Source of the DNA: Amoebidium appalachense | Taxonomy: Eukaryota > Protista > Ichthyosporea | Length of the DNA stretch: 64,000 bases | Assembly: GCA_963693365.1 (NCBI GenBank) | Contig: CAVNZM010000003.1 | Span: 5,794,509 to 5,858,508 of the forward strand | Direction of reading: 5' to 3' | Shown here: in pieces, positions 1-8,635 of the stretch | Position numbering within the stretch: the first letter of the stretch is position 1 | Layout of the letters: every line of letters starts with the position of its first letter | The notes under the pieces: generated by a model | Seen by the model: only the letters and a program-made list of their open reading frames with translations | The model's database searches: none | Told to the model about the DNA's origin: nothing | Made by a program: the position numbers and the translations under genes

Positions 1-433
1 GCGTCGCGGTCGTCCAGTCGAGAATCGGGTTCATTACTACCCTGTTGGCCAAAGGAAATTTCTCCTTGGCCCATGACTTGAGCGCAGCTCTGTTAGGCCC
101 GGGAGCTGGGTGGCGGGTGTTGCACTCGTAGTGTGCGGTCTTGTGGCGCTTGGACTGACGGGTGGTTATTTCGGCATAAACCAGTCCAAACTGTCGCTTG
201 AGGGAATTGTGGAGGTCGTTGTGATCGAAGGGCTCATTGTCCACCGTAACTTCCCGGGACCCCTGTGGTGCAAAGACTGCGAGGTACCAGTCAGGACAGG
301 CACTGCGGCGCGAGAGCCCTTGGTTTGCCTGCTTGGGTTGATCTGCACCCTCGCAGCAAACCTCGTATTCGGTCTTCGCCGTATCCTTGCCGTCGCACCG
401 GGCAGTGTTCATGTTTGAGCGAATGACATCCAT
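1..433 (-). CDS. Intronless orphan ORF, runs off the window start (MDVIRSNMNTARCDGK...PILDWTTAT)
   Basis: Manual translation from ATG at 433 gives 144 codons with no stop up to the window edge. Non-repetitive composition. Absent from the ORF track because it has no stop in the window. Confidence 0.6.
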   Translation of the reverse strand, partial: MDVIRSNMNTARCDGKDTAKTEYEVCCEGADQPKQANQGLSRRSACPDWYLAVFAPQGSREVTVDNEPFDHNDLHNSLKRQFGLVYAEITTRQSKRHKTAHYECNTRHPAPGPNRAALKSWAKEKFPLANRVVMNPILDWTTAT

Positions 434-488
434 TGTGGTAGTGAAGGGGATAGATAATATTTGACGGTCTGAGGTCTGGCAAGCGCTT

Positions 489-944
489 TTATACCTTCGG
501 GCTGGGCACAAGACTGGGGTGTTCAGTCTCAACGTGCCTGTTCAGGGTTGTAGACCAGGCAAATGCAGCCTGGCACTGGTCGAAGGGGCATGTAAAACGC
601 CCGCTTGCGCGCCGGGGCCGTCTCGGCAGCTGACACCCTTCATGAGCTGTTCGTCGGTGAACCCACAAACCCGCAGGATAGACGTAAGTGGCTGGACAGT
701 CTGGGCATTGATAGGGTCGGCTGCCAGAGTGTGTGCGCTGGTGCAGTTTCATGTGGTCGCTGCGGGCAAAGCTTGCAAAGCAGCCGGGTTGTGGACAGGC
801 ATATGCGCCGGTGCTATTATTCTTGTGGGTATTTTCGTGTCTTTTTAGATTTGCCTTGAATGTGAACATTGCTGAACACAGTGTGCAAGCGTGGCGCTTC
901 GGGTTAGGGGGTGTCTCTATGGTTGGCGTGTATTGGAGGTCCAT
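489..944 (-). CDS. Small intronless C2H2 zinc-finger protein (4 fingers)
   Basis: CTLC..HENTH, CPQPGC..HQRTH, SGSRPY linker, CPDC..HRRTAH, CPFDQC..HVETEH. First ATG is at 944 (the track starts at GTG 1013). Confidence 0.85.
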   Translation of the reverse strand: MDLQYTPTIETPPNPKRHACTLCSAMFTFKANLKRHENTHKNNSTGAYACPQPGCFASFARSDHMKLHQRTHSGSRPYQCPDCPATYVYPAGLWVHRRTAHEGCQLPRRPRRASGRFTCPFDQCQAAFAWSTTLNRHVETEHPSLVPSPKV

Positions 945-980
945 TACTGCTAAGTGGCAAGAAAAGAAACATGATAACGC

Positions 981-989
981 TTTATATAA
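981..989. promoter_or_regulatory. Palindromic TATA element between divergent starts
   Basis: TTATATAA (982-989) lies about 40-50 bp from both ATG 944 (-) and ATG 1037 (+). Confidence 0.4.
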
Positions 990-1036
990 CCCCTGGTCTT
1001 CTTCGTCGGCCACTGATTTTTTTGTGACCTACAGTG

Positions 1037-1189
1037 ATGGCCACCTACAACGAGGCGTTTGTCAGCGACAAATTGGCACGGATTGAAGGTGGGAAACGCG
1101 AAGTGGTGACCCCCGCGGGCCGCATCGACCTGCTCACAGACACGGACATCATCGAGGTCAAGCGCGCACCGCAGTGGAAGGCCGCACTG
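1037..1189 (+). pseudogene. Truncated PD-(D/E)XK endonuclease domain
   Basis: EGGKREVVTPAGRIDLLTDTDIIEVKRAPQWKAAL fits the E-x-TPAGRID-x7-IEVK-x4-WKxALGQ motif I recall from large-DNA-virus and bacterial proteins. Similarity stops before the expected GQ and the ORF continues into repeats. Confidence 0.7.
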
Positions 1190-1342
1190 CGCTGCAGCGC
1201 AGAGTTGGCCAATGAACGGTCAAAGCTAGCGCGAAGTAGTGAATATTCAACGAAGCTAGCGCAGAGTTCACGTTGGCCAATAAACGGTCAAAGCAGCCCA
1301 GAGTTGGCCAATAAACGGTCAACCAAACACGAACCCTCGGTC

Positions 1343-1507
1343 AATATCCGGTCAACCCGAACTCGTGTTTGGCGCAAATCTAGTGAACCCAAAACGAACA
1401 TCGCGCGAACCCCTGCCAATATCCGGTCAACCCGAGCTCGTGTTTGGCGCAAATCTAGTGAACCCAAAACGAACATCGCGCGAACCCCTGCCAATATCCG
1501 GTCAACC
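1343..1507. repeat. 75-bp tandem repeat (x2.2)
   Basis: AATATCCGGTCAACC starts at 1343, 1418 and 1493. Confidence 0.9.
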
Positions 1508-1615
1508 AACACGAACCCTCAGTCAATATCGTTCGATCCACGGAGCATCCATTTCAATATTGGTCGAATCACGGAGACCACCTTTGAATAATGCTTGAAT
1601 CGTATTCACCCGCTA

Positions 1616-1774
1616 TTCAATCTGATTGGTCGAAACATTAAATCTGATTGTACGAAACCGGTTCAATCTGATTGGTCGAAACATTAAATCTGATTGCACG
1701 AAACCGGTTCAATCTGATTGGTCGAAACATTAAATCTGATTGCACGAAACCGGTTCAATCTGATTGGTCGAAAC
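1616..1774. repeat. 46-bp tandem repeat (x3.5), each unit carrying CTGATTGG (inverted CCAAT box)
   Basis: TTCAATCTGATTGGTCGAAAC at 1616, 1662, 1708 and 1754. Confidence 0.9.
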
Positions 1775-1961
1775 CGTTTATTGACAGGAGTCCCAATTGT
1801 TGGGGATGACCGGCTGGCTACCACCCCAGCACGTGCTTCTCCAGGAAGCGCACGAGGTACACCTTGACCGGGTGCAGGCAAAGACGTAAAAGATGAAAAA
1901 TAAATAGAGAAGCCACGGGCAAGAGGGTGGGAAGCCCCCCTCCCCAAAAAACAAAACAAAG

Positions 1962-2086
1962 AGCGCCCGGTGATAGCGCTCATGACACATCTCTCCAAGA
2001 ACACATGTGCAAGCGCACGGTGATTGCGCTCATGACCCTACACTCAAACAACACAGGTGCAAGCACACGCATTGCCCCCCCCCCCC

Positions 2087-2173
<87 letters not shown>

Positions 2174-2292
2174 AAAGCGCCCGGTGATAGCGCTCATGAC
2201 ACATCTCTCCAAGAACACATGTGCAAGCGCATGGTGATTGCGCTCATGACCCTACACTCAAACAACACAGGTGCAAGCACACGCATTGCCCC

Positions 2293-2365
<73 letters not shown>

Positions 2366-2484
2366 AAAGCGCCCGGTGATAGCGCTCATGACACATCTCT
2401 CCAAGAACACATGTGCAAGCGCACGGTGATTGCGCTCATGACCCTACACTCAAACAACACAGGTGCAAGCACACGCATTGCCCC

Positions 2485-2545
<61 letters not shown>

Positions 2546-2690
2546 ACCCCCCCCCCCACACACACACACACAAAGCGCCCGGTGATAGCGCTCATGACAC
2601 ATCTCTCCAAGAACACATGTGCAAGCGCACGGTGATTGCGCTCATGACCCTACACTCAAACAACACAGGTGCAAGCACACGCATTGCCCC

Positions 2691-2745
<55 letters not shown>

Positions 2746-2890
2746 ACCTCCCCCCCCACACACACACACACAAAGCGCCCGGTGATAGCGCTCATGACAC
2801 ATCTCTCCAAGAACACATGTGCAAGCGCACGGTGATTGCGCTCATGACCCTACACTCAAACAACACAGGTGCAAGCACACGCATTGCCCC

Positions 2891-2923
<33 letters not shown>

Positions 2924-3107
2924 TTCCCCCCCCTCCCCCCCCCCCTCCCCCCCCCCCCCACCCCCCCCCCCACCCCCACACACACCCACAAAGCCCCCGG
3001 TGATAGCGCTCATGCCTCAGCTCTCACACAACACATGTGGAAGCGCCCGGTGATAGCGCTCATGCCTCAGCTCTCACACAACACATGTGGAAGCGCCCGG
3101 TGATAGC
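1962..3107 (+). repeat. Higher-order minisatellite (~200-bp unit = two 50-bp subunits + poly-C + (CA)n)
   Basis: GCGCCCGGTGATAGCGCTCATGACAC... and GCGCACGGTGATTGCGCTCATGACCC... recur 5 times, followed by two variant 50-mers. Confidence 0.92.
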
Positions 3108-3505
3108 ACACTTTGCATCCCCCCTCCCCCCCCCACACACAAAGGCATTCGGGCACACACATGCACACTTTGCATCCCCCCCCCCCACACACACAAAGGC
3201 ATTCGGGCACACACATGCACACTTTGCATCCCCCCCCCCCCACACACACAAAGGCATTCGGGCACACACATGCACACTTTGCATCCCCCCCCCCCCACAC
3301 ACACAAAGGCATTCGGGCACACACATGCACACTTTGCATCCCCCCCCCCCCACACACACACAAAGGCATTCGGGCACACACATGCACACTTTGCATCCCC
3401 CCCCCCCACACACAAAGGCATTCGGGCACACACATGCACACTTTGCATCCCCCCCCCCCCACACACAAAGGCATTCGGGCACACACATGCACACTTTGCA
3501 TCCCC
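3107..3505. repeat. ~60-bp minisatellite (x6.5)
   Basis: CACACTTTGCAT-Cn-(AC)n-AAAGGCATTCGGGCACACACATG units. Confidence 0.9.
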
Positions 3506-3616
3506 CTCCACCCCCTTCGTGAGAATGCACTGAGTGTCACATATTTATAATATGTTGAATTTTATTGATTGTGAAAAAGCACGAAGTCGCCTACCCTAGT
3601 AATATGGTGATACCGA

Positions 3617-5476
3617 TCAGTCAGGCCATTGATCGTAAAAAGGCACGAAGTCGCCTACCCTGCTAGTAATATGGTGATACCGATCACAGTCAGGCCAAAG
3701 TTCATCCCATGTGTTGGTTGCTGCTTCATAATACAACCAGTGGTCGTATGGTTCACCAACTACTTGCACATGGTGATTCCTGATGGCATCCTCGAGGACT
3801 ATCTGACACGGCAGTTGCGGGTACCAATCCGCACCATCCAAAACCTCGGCGATAGGAACAGCACTCCACAGGGCATCCGCGCTGGGAGACGTGTCAGGCT
3901 GGCCCGTGGTCTTGTTAATACCGATATAGCTGCCGCGCTGTTGTTCCAAATGGTCGGAGGGGGTTTGTACCCAAAATAACTCGATGTCTGCCTGCCAGGG
4001 GCAGACGCCGTCGGCATCGTTGAGCATGATTTGGTCAAATCCACTCGGGGGGTAGATGACGGCCGCTTGCCGGGTTTCGGTGTCGTAAGCATACAACCCG
4101 TCAACAACGAATGGCAAATCTCTACCTTGCCCCTCCGCTTTGGCTGTTTTGAACTCTTCGCGCTCAACATCTTTCCTGATTGTGTCAATGAAGTCTCCCC
4201 AATCGAAGGGAAGCACCATGACGTGTCGTTTGTTCATGACGTCCACAAGCATCTGCCACGACACGCCCACTTGCAGACGCCGCATGTATGTGGAAATTTC
4301 GACGGTTTCGATGTCGGTATCGATCTGGCCCAGGGGAACAAACTCGCCTTCTTCCTGCCCTTCCTGAATCTCGTAAGCAAACCACCCCGTGCACCGCCCG
4401 AATATGTTTTTGCGCTCGGCAGGCCCACCCTCGCTGTAATCCGCCTGGACCCTGCTAACTAAATTCGAAAGCTTTTTGTCCCATTCCAGCTTGTGTCTAA
4501 TGATGTTTGCGTAGTCGTACAGGTGGGCTTGGGTACGGGGTGCAGTTGTAACTGGCGGGTTTGAGGCAGCTTGTGCCAAAATATTGGCCTTTTGGGTGGC
4601 CATATCTAGTATTATATTCGCATGGACATCGTCGTAGCCGTCGTCGTCGTGGTCCCTCCGGTGGGCATAATGGTCCATCAATCGCAGCAGCAAACACGTG
4701 TTAAACGACTCTAACGTATACGCAGAGCTGTCTAACTTGACAACTCCTGCAGACCCTCGCAACCACGCAGTGCACGGCGGGTAATGCCGCAGTTTGCCGT
4801 CCCCCGTGTACCCCTCACTGGGGTGTGTCTCTACGATCCTTCTAATAGCATCCTCAGGAAGTAAACCCCACCAGTTCCAGAACCTACTATCCTGAAAATC
4901 ACTGTTATTCTCTATCGCGTATTGGACATCCGCCAAAGTGGAGGTTGCAAAAAACATATCGGCAAAGCTCTCGCTCGTTTTTTGGTCCAGTTCGGACATT
5001 TTTGCCGCAATCTCTGCTGCTGTGGCCTGCATCACCGTCCTAGTTGCAAGGCAACAGCGCCCTTCAGGGTTGTACACGGCCAGCTTGTCATAGCTTCGGA
5101 GGTACACCGCTGTGCATGCACGGAAACCTGCTTTCAACTCTTCCTGCAGTTGCAATAGACTCAACGAGGTGTCTACCTCAAACACAACAAAAGGGTGCAA
5201 CGTTTCCACTAGAGTGACATCTTCGGGGGTTGAAACCGTGGCAAGGCCGTTGGTGTTTGCAAGAGAAAACACTACAACATCTTCCCCTACAGGGCCTAAC
5301 AACAGCGGTGTCTTCGATGGAACGATCCGAACACGCACTGGCATTGAGGGTGCAAGTCCCATTGCTGACAGCGAAATAATAATTCTGCCTATACCCTGCA
5401 TGCCAAATCCTGTTGTGTTTTCGTGCAGCTGAGGTCGGTGTATTTGAAACGATTTGGATATAATAACATCAGTCAT
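3617..5476 (-). CDS. 619-aa intronless orphan protein, function unknown
   Basis: Long ATG-initiated ORF of globular-protein composition, free of microsatellites, with CCAAT boxes directly upstream. No motif I recognise. Confidence 0.8.
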   Translation of the reverse strand: MTDVIISKSFQIHRPQLHENTTGFGMQGIGRIIISLSAMGLAPSMPVRVRIVPSKTPLLLGPVGEDVVVFSLANTNGLATVSTPEDVTLVETLHPFVVFEVDTSLSLLQLQEELKAGFRACTAVYLRSYDKLAVYNPEGRCCLATRTVMQATAAEIAAKMSELDQKTSESFADMFFATSTLADVQYAIENNSDFQDSRFWNWWGLLPEDAIRRIVETHPSEGYTGDGKLRHYPPCTAWLRGSAGVVKLDSSAYTLESFNTCLLLRLMDHYAHRRDHDDDGYDDVHANIILDMATQKANILAQAASNPPVTTAPRTQAHLYDYANIIRHKLEWDKKLSNLVSRVQADYSEGGPAERKNIFGRCTGWFAYEIQEGQEEGEFVPLGQIDTDIETVEISTYMRRLQVGVSWQMLVDVMNKRHVMVLPFDWGDFIDTIRKDVEREEFKTAKAEGQGRDLPFVVDGLYAYDTETRQAAVIYPPSGFDQIMLNDADGVCPWQADIELFWVQTPSDHLEQQRGSYIGINKTTGQPDTSPSADALWSAVPIAEVLDGADWYPQLPCQIVLEDAIRNHHVQVVGEPYDHWLYYEAATNTWDELWPDCDRYHHITSRVGDFVPFYDQWPD

Positions 5477-5478
5477 CG

Positions 5479-5580
5479 CGCTGATTGGCTAAACGCGGAT
5501 GACACATCTTTTAACGGATGATTGGTTGGATAAATCTAGTTACCATCGGCTAGCCGCGCTGATTGGCCAAATCCAATTGG
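5479..5580 (-). promoter_or_regulatory. CCAAT-box cluster upstream of the 619-aa ORF
   Basis: Plus-strand CTGATTGGCT (5481), GATTGG (~5520) and CTGATTGGCC (~5559) read as CCAAT boxes on the coding strand. Confidence 0.5.
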
Positions 5581-5604
5581 TGTTGCTTCGGCATAACCCG
5601 TGCG

Positions 5605-5829
5605 CAAGCCCGAAAATTCGGATTTGTTTCTTGGTATTTTTTGAAGTCCGGAATATTTTTGCCTGGGGTGTATGGTATTTTTCATCCCCAGTTAAAGGGG
5701 GTGAAAGGGGGTTCCTATTTTAGCTTACCACGAAATTTGCAGGGGTTTACCATAAACTGAAAATATGATGGTATTTTTGAAACGTTTAGGGTATTTTTTA
5801 CCGTAAAAACGGGGTTATGGTCGGGCCTG
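5605..5829. mobile_element. hAT-type MITE (225 bp)
   Basis: Ends are CAAGCCCGA / TCGGGCCTG (8/9 inverted match, CA..TG termini). Perfect 8-bp TSD CCCGTGCG at 5597-5604 and 5830-5837. Confidence 0.8.
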
Positions 5830-5830
5830 C

Positions 5831-6330
5831 CCGTGCGCTTGCACCTGTGTTGCTTGAGAGTAGGGTCATGAGCGCTATCACCGTGCGCTTGCACCTGTGT
5901 TGCTTGAGAGTAGGGTCATGAGCGCTATCACCGTGCGCTTGCACCTGTGTTGTTGGCGAGTAGGGTCATGAGCGCTATCACCGTGCGCTTGCACCTGTGT
6001 TGTTGGCGAGTAGGGTCATGAGCGCTATCACCGTGCGCTTGCACCTGTGTTGCTTGAGAGTAGGGTCATGAGCGCTATCACCGTGCGCTTGCACCTGTGT
6101 TGTTGGCGAGTAGGGTCATGAGCGCTATCACCGTGCGCTTGCACCTGTGTTGCTTGAGAGTAGGGTCATGAGCGCTATCACCGTGCGCTTGCACCTGTGT
6201 TGTTGGCGAGTAGGGTCATGAGCGCTATCACCGTGCGCTTGCACCTGTGTTGCTTGAGAGTAGGGTCATGAGCGCTATCACCGTGCGCTTGCACCTGTGT
6301 TGTTGGCGAGTAGGGTCATGATCGCTATCA
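5831..6330 (-). repeat. Ten 50-bp tandem units, reverse complement of the 1962-3107 subunit
   Basis: CCGTGCGCTTGCACCTGTGT-[TGCTTGAGAG or TGTTGGCGAG]-TAGGGTCATGAGCGCTATCA. The reverse complement is 47/50 identical to subunit 2 of the left array. Confidence 0.95.
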
Positions 6331-6344
6331 CCATACCCTTGCTC

Positions 6345-6827
6345 ATGAGCGCCCCCCCCCCCTCCCCCCCCCCAAACCCTCCTCCCATCTGCCCGCACAA
6401 CCCCAACCCCACATTATATCGTGCACCGGGTAACATGGACGCTGGCGCACCCCTTCCCCCACCCAGCCCATTCGCACCCCCTCCCCCGATCCGCACAAGC
6501 CCGCGCAGCACCCCCGGGCCCTCCCCCATCCTACTGGCCATCCTGGCCGGCCTGATCCTCTACGTGCTCTGGGACACGTTCAGCCCACGTGTGCGGCGGC
6601 GCCTGGCAGTGCTCAAGTGCCAGCGTGCGTGCCCAATGTGTGCCAGCTGCGGCAGCTGCGTTCCCCGCCGCAAGTGTGCGCACTGCCCCCGCTGCCACGT
6701 GTGCGGTGCCAGCCCCACTCGGTGCGCACAGTGCCCCGCATGCACGCGCTGCCCGCCCGAGCAGAAGTGCCCGGCGTGCCCCACGTGTGCGCATGCGCCT
6801 GCGGTGGTGATCAAGGAGCGCACTTGA
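6345..6827 (+). CDS. Pro-rich, single-TM, CxxC-repeat membrane protein
   Basis: ATG 6345. Hydrophobic segment ILLAILAGLILYVLW, basic RVRRR, then about 8 CxxC pairs (CPMC, CAHC, CPAC, CPTC). Intronless. Confidence 0.7.
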   Translation: MSAPPPSPPPNPPPICPHNPNPTLYRAPGNMDAGAPLPPPSPFAPPPPIRTSPRSTPGPSPILLAILAGLILYVLWDTFSPRVRRRLAVLKCQRACPMCASCGSCVPRRKCAHCPRCHVCGASPTRCAQCPACTRCPPEQKCPACPTCAHAPAVVIKERT

Positions 6828-6863
6828 AGGGTTGGGTGAGCAGAGATTTTTGTGGCATAGAGT

Positions 6864-7124
6864 ATGGCGTACCAATGGGAGTACAAGCTGAAGGAGGAGC
6901 CCGGCAAGGCACCCGTGGTGCAGGCAACTATTGTGCCGACCGAGGCCACCACCCGGCGGACGCAGATGGAGCAACGAGCATACGCACAAGAGCTTGCGGA
7001 AAAGGGCTATATAGATCTGCCCGATGAGTTGGCGGAGAAGTGTGGATTCAAGAAGTGGGTGCCGAAGAATCAACGACAGACAGCAATTGTACTGCAGAAG
7101 ATGATGGAGCCTGAGGATGCATAG
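6864..7124 (+). CDS. 86-aa orphan ORF
   Basis: ATG-initiated, charged and helical composition, 36 bp downstream of the previous stop. Confidence 0.55.
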   Translation: MAYQWEYKLKEEPGKAPVVQATIVPTEATTRRTQMEQRAYAQELAEKGYIDLPDELAEKCGFKKWVPKNQRQTAIVLQKMMEPEDA

Positions 7125-7317
7125 AGACCTACACACAAAGGATGAATGGACTTACACCACAAACATGGAAAATGTAAATGACGAGAGAATCTCCACAAAC
7201 ATGGAAAATGTAAATGACGAGAGAATCTGTTGGGATGTTTAATTTTGATGAGCTGGAGTCTATCTCCCCCCCCCCCTCCCCTTCACCGTTCAATGAAAAC
7301 TTGGTAGCATGTGTATC

Positions 7318-7436
<119 letters not shown>

Positions 7437-7704
7437 ATGTGTGTGTGTGTGTGTGTGTGTGTGACAATGTACGTGCCAGTGTGCTTGTACACAGATTGAA
7501 AAGGAGACTTGGGGTATATTAAATGGAGTCTCTCCCGCTACCACGGGCAAATACATTCAATAATCATTACGGAAACTTGGTACTGTTACCGGGCAAATAC
7601 AATATACATGAAAATTTGGATAAGATTGAAGCAGATCACATTCGAATAAACATTACAGAAAACTTGGTATGAAAACTTTGTACCACGTCTTTCCTCCACC
7701 ACAC

Positions 7705-8260
7705 CCATCACAAACCCCTATAGATGTGGATGTGTGCCTACTGCCCACACCACCACAAATACGTTTCCCCCACCGCACCCACCACAAACCCTAAGTAAGA
7801 TGTGAATGTGGGGCCTACCCGCCGCCACCACTACAACTACGTTTCCCCCACCGCACCCACCACAAACCCTAAGTAAGATGTGAATGTGGGGCCTACCCGC
7901 CGCCACCACTACAACTACGTTTCCCCCACCGCACCCACCACAAACCCTAAGTAAGATGTGAATGTGGGGCCTACCCGCCGCCACCACTACAACTACGTTT
8001 CCCCCACCGCACCCACCACAAACCCTAAGTAAGATGTGAATGTGGGGCCTACCCGCCGCCACCACTACAACTACGTTTCCCCACCGCACCCACCACAAAC
8101 CCTAAGTAAGATGTGAATGTGGGGCCTACCCGCCGCCACCACTACAACTACGTTTCCCCCACCGCACCCACCACAAACCCTAAGTAAGATGTGAATGTGG
8201 GGCCTACCCGCCGCCACCACTACAACTACGTTTCCCCCACCGCACCCACCACAAACCCTA
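7705..8260. repeat. 75-bp minisatellite (x7) abutting the JmjC stop codon
   Basis: CACAAACCCTAAGTAAGATGTGAATGTGGGGCCTACCCGCCGCC... units. Confidence 0.92.
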
Positions 8261-8582
8261 GGCCACATTCATTTTGGCTTCCTCCTCGAACTCCTTGATG
8301 TCAGCCTTGTACTTCTCTCTCAGCTTTTTCCACTGTGCAGGGGACACCTGTGGGTTGATAGTTGGGTGTAAGTGGTAGTCCAGCCAGGTGATTTGTTTAT
8401 GCAAGGCTCAGACATCACTGTATGCCATTACCTCAAACACACCCACGCACCCACCACTACACCACCATGGCACACACCCACAGAAAACGAACTCCTACGT
8501 GTGGACCAGGTCAAGAAAAACTCTGCAAGGACCCAAAAAACCGTTTTTACGAACCCCTACATGTAATTGTGAATGCTAGGGC

Positions 8583-8635
<53 letters not shown>

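Noticed and set aside
3575-3697. DGR-like template/variable repeat pair
   Set aside because: The differences are small deletions rather than adenine-specific substitutions, and no reverse transcriptase is present.
5831-6330. CRISPR-like array
   Set aside because: The variable part is only ~10 bp with two recurring variants, there are no unique spacers or cas genes, and the context is eukaryotic.
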